From NCBI RefSeq assembly GCF_028641065.1, contig NC_073407.1, positions 20,956,001 through 21,020,000 of the forward strand: a stretch of 64,000 nt of DNA, given 5' to 3'. A program made the translations under genes and the position numbers. This DNA is from Leucoraja erinacea. Its lineage: Eukaryota. The notes beneath the pieces were generated by a model. That model had not been told where the DNA came from and searched no databases. It worked only from the letters and a program-made list of their open reading frames with translations. Shown here one piece after another: positions 1-25,958 of this stretch. The number at the start of each line of letters is the position of its first letter. Within the stretch, counting starts at the first letter, position 1.

Positions 1-117
1 GGTTCCGGCTCAACCTTCAGCTCCTCCCCAACACATCCAAAAAAAACTCAGTACAAAGCTATAATCTTTGGTGCAAAGCAAAGATCCACTATAAGATCTT
101 CGACTCAGAGGTGCAAA

Positions 118-153
118 CCAAAGATCCTATAGCAGGTCTTATAGGATCGTTGG
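118..153. mobile_element. 36-bp hairpin micro-element with 6-bp TSD (same family as 43250)
   Basis: ccaaagatcctatagcaggtcttataggatcgttgg, flanked by tgcaaa (112-117 and 154-159); degenerate partial copies at 59-71 and 78-102. Confidence 0.7.
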
Positions 154-1035
154 TGCAAACTGCAAAGGTCTCATGTGCCGTTGCAGTCCTCCCAAATCAT
201 GTGATCAACCAAACCACTCTGGTCCTCCACCCACCTCATCAAAACGCAACACTTCTGTGAGAAAAGGGTTTATAGGAATGGTTGAATTATACTAGAACTC
301 TGAAAAATATAACTTAGAAAGAAATGAGCTTATCAGCAGAAGCCAGACTGCTGGTAGAATAAAGTAACAATATACAGAACAGAGAGAAATTCTAGATAAA
401 AAGTAGCAAACAGATAGAAACTTCAGCAGAAGGCCTTGGGAGTCTTTGACGTCAGGAGATGGTCCGAGACATTCCTGGACTTTCTCGTGGGAATGTGGGC
501 TTTATGTTATGATTGGACGAAACTCGATGGGGAGACATGAGGTAGTGACCATAGTGAAGAAAAGTATAAAGATAGAAAGCATCTCCATTTTCTTTGTGCC
601 TCTAGGGGACATCAGAGGAGAGGCACCTATTCTGCAGAATATGAAATTAATAAAAACACTTCTTTGTCTGAATTTGTCTCAAGAGCATTTGTGATTTTTG
701 AATCTCACACTTCTGAAGAAGGATTTCGGCCCGAAACGTTACCTAATTGATTCCTTCACTCCATAGATGCTGCTGCACCCGCTGAGTTTCTCCAGCACTT
801 TTGTCTACCTTCATCAGAACTCAGCCCTTCTTCCCTGTCTGACATCCATCGCCGTCTAAACTCCTTCCTTGTAGGACCAGGAAACCAAGAACCAAGATAC
901 AACCCATATCCCCCAATTCTAATCTAGCATCCCACCTCACCTGTCCCCAGCCAGTTCCTCAACTGTCCCCCATCACGACTTCTCATCTCTTTCTCATCAT
1001 TCCAAGCCTCCGTGTCTACTAAACTCCATGCCACA

Positions 1036-1964
1036 TGCACCCAAATTCCCATCACCTTTTCTATTGGAAACTCCAACACACCATAAGCCTTAAAGTGCAT
1101 CCCTTAAACTCCCTTCCCATCGCACTGCAGCCTTTGCCCATTCCTCCCACATTTCATGTCCGAATCATCTCCGCTGTACCCAATCCTAGTTGCCATCATG
1201 TGCTCCCAATTGAACCCAATGCAATCAGTGGACCAGTTCCTCAGCTACCCAAGTTCACATTTCAACTAAGAGCAGTTTAAGATTATTTTAAAACCTGCAA
1301 ACAAAGCTCGTCTCTTGAAGTGACAGTGAAACTGCTATGTTGTTATTGCAACAACAGTTTTTTGAGTATTTCATTGAGAAATGTAACTACTGCCATGACA
1401 TGTTTAAAAAGTGTTTGGTATTTAGAGGTACAGACAAAGCAGCACACCAAGTCCACACTGACCATTGATTACTCATTTACATTAGTTCCATATTACCCCA
1501 CATTCTTGTCCACTCTTTACATATTCGTGGCAATTTAGAGGCCAATTAACCTACAACCCCACACCTCTCCAGGACAAGGGAGGAAACTGGTGCAAGGGAG
1601 GAAACCTACACAATCACAGGAAGAACATGCAAACTTTACAAAGACAGCACCCGAATCTGGCTCTCAGGTACTGTGAGGCAGCAGCTCTACCAACTGAGCC
1701 GCTGTGCTGCACCTTCACTCCCATCACTCTTTTTCTACTGCAAACTCCAATTCACATCACAAGCCTCAAAATGCATCCCTTAAATTCCCTCCGTCACACT
1801 GCAGTCTTTACCCATTTCAGATTTTAAAACGTAGCAATCATCTTCGCTGTACCCAGTCCCACATTTGGCATCATGCGCCATCATTGAATCCAATGCATTT
1901 GTCACATCAGTGGACCGTACCTCAATGATCCAAGTTCAGAATTTCACCCAAGAGCCGTTTAAGA
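1036..1964 (+). repeat. Diverged ~250-bp direct duplication (~1036-1282 and ~1706-1964) separated by unique sequence and a SINE
   Basis: Shared blocks tgcatcccttaaa, aatcatct(c/t)cgctgtaccca, atcagtggacc, ccaagttca and tttaaga occur in the same order. Confidence 0.8.
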
Positions 1965-3947
1965 AATCAGATTTTTGTTTCTTCTTTTTTTTTTAAATTG
2001 GTATTTTAAATTGTTGAGACACAAATGGTTTTCCAATACCTCCTTGTGAAACATCAGTACTGCATTTATAAAGTTTGAGTCTATATAAGAATTAGGACTA
2101 AATGTTCAAGATAAATAAGCTGCATGACATGCACCACTCCTTTGGTCCTGCATAAGACCATTTACTTGCATTACCTGCATGAATCTCTGGAGCAGATTAA
2201 AACTTGACCACATAACACAAACAAAAAAATGCTACCCAATGAGTCACAAGAAAGGGTGAGTTTTACATACAGGTAAACATTTCGTGGAAGAGTTATGATA
2301 GTTTCATGAAACTAGAGGACAAAGTGAAATCAAGAATGTTGTTAGATGAAGAAATAAAAATGATAAAATTCAAGGACTTGAATTAACTCGACTTCATGAA
2401 TTGTTCATTTATTCCTGTTATGTACATGAATTACAAGTTACTTCCTTCTCTCCAACATATTGTACAAATTCTTAACTAGACATCTCAATGTTAAATATAT
2501 AATTTCATCAAAACCAGTTCAGTGAGAAACACAATTCAAAATCCATTTTTTTCTAATGTAATAATGCAAGGCAAATGACTGGTGTGAATGTGAATCGATA
2601 TTGTTCATAGTTCTTTCTCTGCAGCAGTCATCCCATCCCCTACATATCTGCCATCATTACCCTTTAACAAGCGATCTAATGGGGATGTTTATCAATTATT
2701 ATAAGAATAGGAAAATGATTTACTTTAATGGAAAGCCCAGAGCCAAGAGCATAATTCTAAAATTACAACAGGATCATTCAGATTTGATATCCGGAAGTCT
2801 GGAATTCTTCCCTATCCCAGTAAAGCTCGATAAAGACTGGCCATTGGAGGTTGCAAAACAGATATTTCTTGTAAGGTTATTACAGGTAACCAAGGCAGCT
2901 AAGTTAATTTAAGGCAATGATCTAAATGACTGGGATAAAAGGCTTGAAGATTGATGGCAATAGAGTCACAAAGCACAGAAGCAGGACCTTCAGACAAATT
3001 TGTCCATGCCGACCACAATATCTACCCTGGCTAGCCTCATTTGCCTGCATGTGGCCCATATCCCTCTAAACCTCTTCTATCTATGTGCCTATCCAAATGT
3101 CTTTTAAACATTGTAATTGTATCTGCCCCAACAAATACCTCTGGCAGCTAGTTCCATATATCCACTTGTGTATAGAATTTGCCACTCAGGTCCCTTTTAA
3201 ATCTTTACCCTCCACCTCAAATCTATCTTTTCTAGTTTTAGACTTCCCTACTCTCTGATAAAGACTGTGACCATCCACCTTTTCCATGTCACTCATGATT
3301 TCAAATACCTTTCGTGCCACCCCACAGCCCCCTGCACTCAAGTGAAAAAAGTCCAGTGTCTCCATATAACTCAAGCCTCCCCCCAATCCCTGTAACATCG
3401 CAAGATCATCAACATTTACAGTGTACTACACAAGGTGATGCCATGTGGAAGGCAGGGGAGGAAATAATGCACTATAGGAAATCAAATAGAGAGCATGAGG
3501 CACATTCGTGGACAATGCCTGCTTCCCGCATGTTAAATTATTACACACAATCCAATTAAAACACAGCATTAAAAAAAAAAAACAGCAACAGAGGGCAGCT
3601 TTTTTTGCAAAGAGTGGAAGATGGCCAGACTCCATAATTTACTCACTAATATTATTGATGGATATAAATCCCTTCATAATTGATGGCATAATTCCACTTT
3701 CATACAAACAATAAGATGACTTTTGTGATGCTGAAGGTAGAACATAAATTTGGGATCCCACTAAATGAAAGAGGGCATTTCGGATAATTTCAAATGTAAA
3801 TCTGGCCAGTCTAGTGATGCAAGTGGCAGGTTCAGTCTGTGCTGGGGCAGTGGGGAGTCAAATTAATCCATTTCTCAATGTTGTGTTGAATCATCTGGTA
3901 GGTGACGTTCAGACCGGGGTGGGTGGAGCTAGAGGAAGATGACTGCA

Positions 3948-4056
3948 TCAGCTAGGATCTTCCACTATGCAGCAAGGTGGTAGCTCAGAAATTCTGTCAA
4001 TGGACTTCAGCAGCTCAGATGCCAGCCGTAATGTTTCTGCTCCAGACATGAGCTGC
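3948..4056 (-). CDS. ENTR1: ENTR1 last coding exon (QLMSGAETLRLASELLKSIDRISELPPCCIVEDPS*)
   Basis: ttttag|G acceptor, TGA at 3948-3950. Confidence 0.9.
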
Positions 4057-7000
4057 CTAAAAGGGGAATAAAAAAAGTAGATATGAAGACACAGTGTGCA
4101 AGCTTGGCAAGTTTTGCATTGCTACTAATTGTGATCTTCTGTGAGTTACATAGATATAAATCTTCATAGGAAAATCATTTCTATTACATTAATTCTACTG
4201 GGATTTGAAACCAGACAAGCTGAAAAACATTCCATCTCTATAATACACAAAAAATGCTAGAAGCACTCAGCAAATTGGATTGCATCTGTGGGATGAGAAA
4301 TAAGGTTAACATTTCAGGTCAAAGGCCCTTTGTCAGGTTTAATTCTGAATTCCTTTTAATGTGGTTAATGTGGACACTCCAAGTCATTCAACAATCACAC
4401 CTATTCCTACAAGTCAGAGGGTAGGGCCACTCCTGGCCGAGCAACTGGGAACACTGTTGCCTGGGCTGTTCAAAGCCACACTGCTTGCCCTTGAACCCAC
4501 AGAGTTACTGGGGACTCATCTTCTACTCCAATGGCAAAATTATGGTTTCATTTCCAAAATGTTCTCCTGGTCTGAACAGTGGAAGATGGAGAAGGCAGAA
4601 TTAGCAATTCAAGGAGGCACTTCAATGAAGAATGAATGAGAGAGATGGGTCTGAGAGATATTGGATAGATGTGGGAGATTTGTGGAAAGATTGTAGGGTA
4701 CAAAATAAACAAAAGTGCTTCTCCTTCCTAACTACTTATCCCATTCACTTCAATTATTTCCCTCTCTTCCAGTGTCTCCAATATTTATTTTGTTATTATA
4801 AAGCATTCAACTTGTCTTCCTGAATAGTAAGTTGTCAGGTGCATACTTCACCGAGGTCTCCGCTTCATATGCAGTCTTCACAAGATAATCGGAGGCAAGT
4901 TGAGCACTGTTTTTTGCTGAACTCAGAGCAGCAGAATCTTGAGATCGAAGTATTTCATTCTCAGACTTGGACTGTTGCAGTTCTGCCTGTCAGCACAAAA
5001 CAAATACACAATGAGATCCACATACAGTGAAGAGTGAAGGAGAGGGAGAAGAAGAGAGATAAGAGAGAGGAAGAGAGATGAAGGAGAGAAAAAAAAGATG
5101 AGATAAAGGGGAGAAAGAGAGGAGAGACAGAGGATAGAGAAAGAGGAGAGTGAGAGAAATATTTAAAAAATAAAATAAAATTCACACCATACCTGTAGAG
5201 TTACAAGTTCCTGTCTCAGTTTAGTCACAGTGTTCTCTGCTTTCACAGCCCGTTTCTGAAATATATTAATAAATACAAAGACTTAATTACAAATCCAGTT
5301 ATTTCAGTGCTGGTTGTTTCTCTCATACAACCTAGTTCATCAAAAGGTACTGATAATGCTTCAACCAATTTGAGCCAGAAAATGTAATTTCCATCTGTGA
5401 TCTGAGCCTCGTTAACCACCTGGAACTATGATCAGAGACAAGATAGACACAAAATGCTGGAGTAACTCAGCGGGGCAGGCAGCATCTCTGGAGAGAAGGA
5501 ATGAGTGACATTTCAGGCCGAGACCCTTCTTCAGACTGAGAGTTAGGGGAGGGGGAAGATACTTGAGATAACTTCACTTTGCACTTTTTTTTACATTTTT
5601 TTAAAAAAAAAGGCCAAAGATGCAGGCGAGGCCACAAACGTGAAGGAGAACTGAACTGGGGTACAGCTTCGGTGAACCCCCACAGAGATGTTCCAAGGAG
5701 AGCTACATCAGCAGGGTTCTGCCCTTTCTCACAGGTTCTAACCTCACCGTCATCAGTTGCAGATTCTCTTCGACTTGTTGAACAATCCCTTCCAATGCTC
5801 GTGCCTCCTTCTCCTCTATAATTTTCCTTTTCTCCAGATCTTCTTCCAATCTCTTGGTCCTGGAAAAATGGCCAGTGGACACTGCATTATAGTACATCAT
5901 TACAGCACATCAATGTCGCTGTTTGAGTTCCACCAGAGTAGCAACACAAAATGTCCCTTTACCACCATATGTCATTCCCCACTATCTTGACGATGTGTAT
6001 GTTCTTTAACACCAATTCCCGTAGCACCCTCCTTTCCCTAAATGCAATAGCAATTGTACACAAGAGTAGTGATTATACTATGCAGTGATTTTCTGCAGTA
6101 CCACTACAACTAGCTGGTCATGTGGCCTACAACGAACAAGTGAAAGGTCAGATTACAAGCCCTTCCAGCCAACCTCCAGCAGTTTCAGAATCGGCCGCTT
6201 CCTACCGGAGACCGTGGCTCCCGAAGTCCACAGGAGGAATACAAGTGCTGTAGTTCAATTTGCTCAATTTGATCCCAGTATCCTTTTTATTGTTGGGAAG
6301 ACATTAGTCCAAGCTGGCTGTATAGCCAACCATCTGTCACTGTCAGAAAACAATGACACCTTGAACTAGGAGTATTGAGTTCATTCAAGAGCTGATAGGT
6401 AGCTCTCAAATAAACATCAGGGGGCAACCCCCCCCCCCCCCCCCCCCCCACCCCCCCCCCCCCCAGATCAAAGCAGATCATTGTTGCACTGCATTTTCTA
6501 TTCACGCTGCATTCATTTATGAACTATTTTCAAAATTCTTATACTCAGCTCTTCGTACCTCCTTACATGGTCCTTTGCCAGTTGCTTTGCTGCTTTAGTC
6601 TGTCTTCGTAATAGGATATTTTCTTCTTTCAGCTGGAAGAGGAACATGGGTTATTCTTGATGCCCCTGGTGTTGCCTTTTGCTATCCCCAGACTCAATCT
6701 TTCTATTGCTCTCTTGGAAGGCTCTCCATCTTCCACCAAACCCATCCAAAAGTCTGCTGTCTGTATTCTCACTCACACATACTTCTCTTTGTGCACCTTG
6801 TTTGCTACAATATAGTACCTCCTTGAACAGCATCAGGTTAGATTTTAAATTCTCATCCTCATGTTTAAATCCCTTAACACATTTGCATTTCATCGTCTCT
6901 AAAGCCTCCTTTAATCTATCAATGTTTGCATTGCTCCAACCATTTATCCATACATCACATCCTACTGAATACCAAAATTCCCTCTGAAAACATCACAATC

Positions 7001-10000
7001 CTCTTTACAGATCAATTGAGTAAATCCCATTGCTTTGCTTTCATCTCATGTCTACATTTTTTTTCAAATATTTATCCAATTTCCTGCTTACCTCTCCATA
7101 GCTCTCAAATCTTAATTGGTGCTTTAATGAAATCCAAGTTGTGGGGAGGAGGGGTGGGAATACCAGCATTTTGAAAGATATGAACTTACTTTCTCATTGC
7201 TTAGCAACTGACTTTGATAGAGAACCTCCCCGACCAAGTCAAAATTATCTTTTGGACAGTCATGGCCATCGCAAGGAGGCTGGAGCTGTGAGGTTGCATC
7301 CCATTTGTTATGATCCTGCTCTCCCTCCTCCTCCTCCTCTTCATCATCCACTTGCCACTCAGACAGTGCATATTGGACGCTGTCTTGTTGCGGTAGCTCG
7401 GCTGGGCTCAGAGTTGGCGGGTTGGGGGAGTCAATGCGGAGCAAGTCAGAAAAAACAAACTCATGAGCAGCCTCAATAACGGCAGGCTGGTACGTTTCAC
7501 TCCAGTCATCATCCTCTTCATCCAAAGAAGGACTGTTGGGCATCGGATCGGGAAAGTAGCTCTCTGGAAAATTCAGCCTCAAGTTCAATTCTTTGGGTGC
7601 AGCCAGACCCTTCTCAAAGGCAATTCCTGTGGAGCCCTGCAATGGAAGGTTTGAGTGAGGACAGGCAGGAGACAGAGGTGTGGAGGGAAGCGGTGGAGAA
7701 AACAAGTTTAGGGTTATTATTGTCACATGTACCGAGGTAAAGTGAAAAGTTTGTTTTGCATGCTATCCAATCTGATCAAGTAATGCTGTACATAAATGCA
7801 AACATTCCAAACTGAAGGATCTAAGGTAGAGCATTGTAGCACATCAGTCCCACAGACAAAATTCAATGACTACAATGGGGTAGAAGAATCAGACTGCACC
7901 CTAGCTTATGGAAAGACCATTTGGAAACCCGATAATAGAGGGGAAGAAGCTGTTCCCGAGTTTGGCGATGTGCACTTCCAAGCTTCTGTAGCTTTGCCCG
8001 GGAGCAGGGAGGAGGAGGAATGGCAGGGGAAGAACAGTACATTGGCTGCTTTTCCAAGGCAGCATAAAGTGTAGGTGGAGTCAATGCTGGGGTCTGGTCT
8101 CCTGAACTGGAGGTAGACCAATGACCTGACAGAGACATTTGCTAGAGCTACTTAAGACAGTTTAAAATAGTCTTGTAAGCGGGGTTGTACCCGAAGGGCG
8201 AGCGAGGGAGATGTGAACGCTAAGGCAACCGCTCTAAGTTAAAGAGAGCAGGTCCAGCAATGGGGACAGGAGGAGTATAACAGGGAACAAGGCAAGTGTG
8301 TTGGTTTAAATTGCATTTATTTCAATGCAAGAGGCCTGACAGACAAGGCAGATGAATATAAGACATAGATAGGAATATTGGACCGGGATATTATAGAAAT
8401 GTGGATGAGTCAAGAGTCATGGTCACAGTGAATGGTGGTGCTGGCTTGAAGGGCCGAATGGCCTATTCTTGCACCTATTGTCTTTGTCTATTGTCTAAAA
8501 GGGTTTTATTGTAATATGTCCCAAAACAGAACAATGAAATTCCTACTTGCACAACAGATTACTTGCACAAATATGATAATCAGTAGACACCATTATAAAC
8601 AACAAAAAGCTCAATATATAAAAGCAAAAAACCCCCAATATCGTGCAAAATCAAAAACCAAGCCCCAAATTCCTAGTGCAATCAAGACAGCTCAGAGTTC
8701 AACCTTCAGTTGGAGTTCGTATTGTTTGTAGTTGGAGTTAGTTGGAACGTAGTTTGTGGACAGGAGTGGCAGTTCAATGTTCCAGGGCACAAATGCTGCA
8801 GATAGAGTTGGAGGTAAAGAGGAGGAGGAGGAGCTGTATTTTTCACTAGGGAGAACATCACACCAGTATTTAGAAAACATATTGCTGGTGTCATTTGGCA
8901 AGGCTATTTAGGTGAAATTTAGAAATAAGAAGACCATAGATGCTGTCTCACCCGCTGAGTTTCTCCAGCATTTTTGTCTACCTGCATAAGCAGCTTGGTC
9001 GGCATGGATGCGTTGGACTGCAGGACTGTTTCCATGCTGTATAACTCTATGACTTTATGATGAGGGGAATGTCTGGGAAATATAATATTGGCCATTTATA
9101 TGGTATCCTTAGAGTAACACAAGGAGAATTATCAAAGAAACAATTGCACTAAGCTACATTCCCAAGACATTGTATCTACTGTTTAAAAAAAAATTGAGAA
9201 CAATTGTTTTTCTAGATCAGTTTAACAAGACAGCCATTGCAAGATGAAAATCATTTTAATGACCAAAGGACAACTAATTAGAATCAAGGATTGCAGCACC
9301 ATATCTAAAGTTGTTGATCTGACATGTTATGCATGCATCAGCTCTGAAATCCTGACAGGGCCAGATATACTGGATATGGGGAGGATATTTCCCTCGACTA
9401 AGATCAAGGATGAGCATTCTCAGTCGTGGGCGATAGGGAGTGAAATAAGGGTGTTTCTTCACAGGTGAACCTGTGGAATTATTTTCCACTGAGGCTATAA
9501 AGGCCAAGTCACTGCATGTTTTAAAGTAGATATATTCCTAGACAGTGGGGGAAGAAAGCAGGATAATGGCTTGTAATAGATGATCATCTATCATGTTGAT
9601 TGGCATAGCAGGCTTGTAGGGCCATACGGTGTATTTTTTCCGATTCCATTAAATTCTAATCTCTCTACCCCCTCCTCCTCCTTTAATTAGCTGGTAAACA
9701 CTTCTATCTGTCCTAATATACCTTTATATGGATCATTGTTAGGTTCTGTATTATGAACACACTTGTGGAGTATATTAAAACATAAGACAAGAGAGAAATG
9801 GCCCCTCGTGCTACTCAATAAGATCATAGTTGATCTACATCAACTCCATGTCCCCTGATTCCCTTGGTATTCAAACATCTGTCAATCTAGTCTTGAATTG
9901 TAGTCTGCAACTGATAACCCTCATGACTTGGGTTAGAACATTGCAAAGCTTCACACCAATTCGAGTGAAGACGTTTCTCTTCATCTCATTCCTGGATGAC

Positions 10001-12092
10001 TTACATCATCTGATTGTGAACTCTGGCTCGAAGCATTTCAGACAGGGTGCATAGCCTCTCATTATCCTTTTCCCGAAATGCTTACTCTAATAAATGTCAT
10101 TGCTATGAGAATATAGGTCCATACAGCACCTTCAGTTGATGGTGGATCTGCTTTCTCATCTCTTCCCTTTTCGGTGTTGATCGACTTTTAATCTTGACAA
10201 ATTCCTTAAAGGAAAAAGGGTTTGATTCTTCATCATTCTTTTCCTTTTCACCTGGAAGTGGCAGAAAATGAAATGATACAGTTGGATAAATGTATGGCAA
10301 CATTTTGCTGTACGAGCTGGTCTTGATTAGGGCAGTTGCAAATTGATAAATTTGGTTTTCATGGCTCTAGGTTAGGAAGGTGGGGGGGAAATATATAATC
10401 ACAGTGTTCTTGTACTGGTGGTTTATACTAGGAAACACCCGGTGGAGATTGAAAGGTTTATTAGTGTGATACTCTGCAATAGGCGAAAGGACACAAAGTG
10501 CTGGACTAACTCAGCAGGTCACTCAGCATCTATGGAGAACAAGGATAGGTAACTTTTTGGGTGCTCCACACTGCAACAGATAGATGGGTTGCCTTGCGAG
10601 AAGAATTCGGACAGGCTAAGGGTATTTTCACTAGAATTCAGAAAAGTGGAGACGCGATTGAAGTGTACATAATTCTGAAGGGCCTTGACAGGATGTTTAT
10701 AACTGGAGTCACTGTTTAAAACTAAGGGGTCACTATTTCAAGACAAAGACAAGACACTCCTATTTTTGTTATTCCCATTTTTAAAATCGCTTCCTCAAAG
10801 ATAGATAAATGGAATGCCTGACCAGCTGAGTTACTCCACACTGTTGGATTTTGTAACTGTTGTGCTACAATGCTGAGAACTACATTCTGTACCCTGGTAT
10901 CCATACCTTCACTCTACCTGGAAAAACAAGGAACTGCAGGCGTCAGTTTACAGAAAAAGACACAAAGTGCTAGAGTAACTCAGCTGGTCAGGCAGCATCC
11001 TGGAGAACATGCATAGGTAACATGTCAGGTCGTGTCCAGCCTGAAATGTCACCTATCCACGTTTTCCAGAGATGCTGCTCTGTCCCTCACTCCACCTATT
11101 GTACTTGAGTTTGGCTTGATTGTATTATCTGAATTGACTGGATAGCATGTAAAATAATACTTTTCACTGTACCTTGGTACACGTGACAATAATAAACTTA
11201 AACTAAAGATTCTAGGTAAGTAAGGGGCGGGTGGTAAGGATTAGGACAGGCAGTCAGGAATGTAGAGACAGATTTGTAAACAGAGCAGTCTCTATTTTTG
11301 CTTGTATTTGCCACCCATCCCTGCAAAAGACTGAAGCTCCCAGAGACACGGACAACAGTTCAATGCCTCCAATTCCACCACAACTCAAACAGGAGGGGGG
11401 ATCAACACAAAATGCTGGAGACAGTAACTCAGCGGGTCAAGTTGCATCTCTGGAGAGAAAGAATGGGTGATATTTCTTGTCGAGATGCTTGTTCAGACTG
11501 AGAGTCATGGGAGAGGGAGACTAGAGATATGGAAGGACAAGGTATGAAAACGACAGATCAAAGTAGACGATGTTCAAGGTAGTGCACAATCACTCCATCC
11601 CTCCCCACCCTAGTTCTCCAACTAGTTTCACTGTCATGATTACTTTTACTGATTATATAACTATTCACACAATATCTGTCGTGAATAGACATATAATCAG
11701 GCATACCAGAATAGGCATACCCTTCCATATCTCTAGTTTCCCTCTCCCCATGACTCAGTCTGAAGAAGGGTCTCGACCCGAAACCTCGCCCACACCCTCT
11801 CTCCAGAGATGCTGCCTGACCCGCTGAGTTACCCCAGCATTTTGTCTCCGTCTACAATGGTTCATTGTTAGTCGAGGGGGGAACCTCACTTGCAAATGAG
11901 ACCAGACCCCTTCTACATTGTTAGGCGAGGGCGAGGTGACAATCAGTAAAACCCCGGCTGCGAGGTAAAAGTCGCATCTTCTCCCACTTTGTCATCGGGT
12001 GCATGGAGAGCTCCCGCAGTCACAACGCCCACTACTGCCGCCGCCGCCGCCGCCGCCTCCTCACCTCGCTCTCCCCGGGAACTCATCCTCAT
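3948..12092 (-). CDS. ENTR1: Endosome-associated trafficking regulator 1 (SDCCAG3), spliced gene with 8 coding exons, ~364 aa
   Basis: Exons (minus): 12065-12092, 10130-10251, 7190-7636, 6559-6632, 5748-5859, 5193-5255, 4847-4986, 3948-4056. All GT-AG with consistent phases, total 1095 nt. Motifs EESNPFSFKEF, DEEDDDWSETYQPAVIE, IVQQVEENLQLMTKRAVKAEN and QLMSGAETLRLASELLKSIDRISE match the ENTR1 family. Head-to-head with PMPCA as in other vertebrates. Confidence 0.92.
4847..4986 (-). CDS. ENTR1: ENTR1 exon 7 (AELQQSKSENEILRS...)
   Basis: GT-AG boundaries, 140 nt, phase 0/2. Confidence 0.88.
5030..5160. repeat. GA-rich low-complexity tract in an ENTR1 intron
   Basis: Almost pure purine run. 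Confidence 0.85.
5193..5255 (-). CDS. ENTR1: ENTR1 exon 6 (KRAVKAENTVTKLRQELVTLQ)
   Basis: GT-AG boundaries, 63 nt, conserved motif. Confidence 0.9.
5748..5859 (-). CDS. ENTR1: ENTR1 exon 5 (TKRLEEDLEKRK...QLMT)
   Basis: GT-AG boundaries, conserved coiled coil. Confidence 0.9.
6559..6632 (-). CDS. ENTR1: ENTR1 exon 4 (LKEENILLRRQ...)
   Basis: ccag|CTG acceptor, AG|GTACG donor; start of the coiled coil. Confidence 0.85.
7190..7636 (-). CDS. ENTR1: ENTR1 exon 3 (acidic region)
   Basis: Lies within ORF 7124..7726; gcag|GGC acceptor, AAA|GTAAGT donor, 447 nt. Confidence 0.85.
10130..10251 (-). CDS. ENTR1: ENTR1 exon 2 (EKEKNDEESNPFSFKEFVK...)
   Basis: cag|GT acceptor, AAG|GTGCTG donor, NPFSF motif. 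Confidence 0.85.
11400..11853. mobile_element. Inverted pair of Penelope pLTR fragments with a spacer
   Basis: The left arm (acacaaaatgctggag...gagactagagatatggaagg) is the reverse complement of the right arm (ccttccatatctctagtttccc...ctgaagaagggtctcgacccgaaa...cagcattttgt). Confidence 0.75.
12065..12092 (-). CDS. ENTR1: ENTR1 coding exon 1 (MRMSSRGER); the start could be the second ATG at 12086
   Basis: ATG at 12092 and donor GAG|GTGAGG, phase 1 matching the next exon; lies in a CpG-rich region. Confidence 0.65.
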
Positions 12093-12223
12093 CGTCCCCC
12101 TCGGCCTCGGCCTTGGCCCGGTCGCTAGGCGGTTGTCAAGGGGCGCCTGACCCCGGAACCTGTACCCCTCCGGTGGGGGCGGGAGATCAAGCGGCCGGAA
12201 GTCGATAGGTATATTTGGTCAAG

Positions 12224-12231
<8 letters not shown>
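12093..12231. promoter_or_regulatory. Bidirectional CpG-rich promoter shared by ENTR1 and PMPCA
   Basis: ETS/GABP-type CCGGAA (12153-12158) and CCGGAAGT (12195-12202), GC box GGGGCGGG (12176-12183), and YY1-type CAAGATGGCGGC (12220-12231) overlapping the PMPCA ATG. CpG-rich from ~11950 to 12600. Confidence 0.8.
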
Positions 12232-24788
<12,557 letters not shown>

Positions 24789-25831
24789 GCAGCTCCCAAT
24801 TTCTGACTGAACAGAGAAGCTATTTGTATACTCCAGGTTTCTGGTAGTAGTTTATCTGTGAGCTGCTTCTGTTGAGTGAGGAGTGACTGTATGTAAATAG
24901 AGGGGAAATGGGCTTTGTTATGTGATCTGATTGATTTTATATTAAGGGTGCTGAAAATCCGTTTTAAAATAACAGCTGTGATTACTTTGTTCTGTGATGC
25001 TGCTATAGTTTGTCTACTCCTGGACTGTGGTCATTCTATCACTGCACAACGGATGTCACGTCCTGCAATATCAGTCTTTGATCTTTGACGCAAGGCGCAT
25101 TTGGCTTCATCTGTATTCCCTTCCCGGGTTTCTGCTCCAAGTTGGGAAAAAGTACATAGAAAGCTGGACAACCACTTGCCCATGCCTCCCACTGCATGCT
25201 CTTCCCTTTCTCCCATACTCCATAATCCTCACTCCACCTCTGGCCACTTGCTACGTACAAGTGTTCCTCCCCTATATCAGCCACCTCTGGTTGATCTATT
25301 CCTTTCAGTACTAGAGGCAAGACAATGGGATCTGGGGCTTGCCCATGTTGCTGGTTGGAGAACTTGATCCTTGTTCCTCACATGGGCAAGGTCTAGACAA
25401 CTGATGGAAACAAGAATCAATGACAGGTGCTGCGACAGAACCCCTTTGTGTTTTTGATGTGGTAAGATCAGCGGTTGCTCAATCCTCCTGGAACCAGCAA
25501 CCGAGCTGAGTATTCTTAAAACACTTTCATAGACAAGTCAGCAAAATTATGTCAATGTAGTTAAACTACAAATTTAAGTGTTACAGAATTCAAGTGGGTT
25601 TGTGAGAGGATTGAGATTGCCACTCAGTGGTTCTCTGATGATCCGATGGGAGGATTCAAGCTCATCTCCTTCAGTGGTAGAGGACAGGCTGCATTGAGTG
25701 GCCTCCATTTGTGTGTCTCCTCTACTCTGTCCCTGCTGGCGTCTTGCCGCTGGGTGACCACTGAGCACAGTCTAGCCCTAAGGATGCTTTAAACGGTTGT
25801 TCATTTTTACAAACACACCCAGTGAAGCTCA

Positions 25832-25958
25832 AAGGTAGGCAAAAGTGCTGGTGAAACTCAGCGGGTGCAGCAGCATCTTTAGATGCTGCTGCACCCGCTG
25901 AGTTTCACCAGCACTTTTGTCTACCTTCGATTTTCCAGCATCTGCAGTTCCTTCTTAA
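25832..25958. mobile_element. Palindromic pLTR-derived insertion with ~15-bp TSD
   Basis: Inverted arms, flanked by acccagtgaagctca (25817-25831) and acccagtgtagctca (25959-25973). Confidence 0.8.

Noticed and set aside
1-50. SNAPC4 first exon
   Set aside because: It is suggested only by synteny; no coding sequence or splice evidence lies inside the window.
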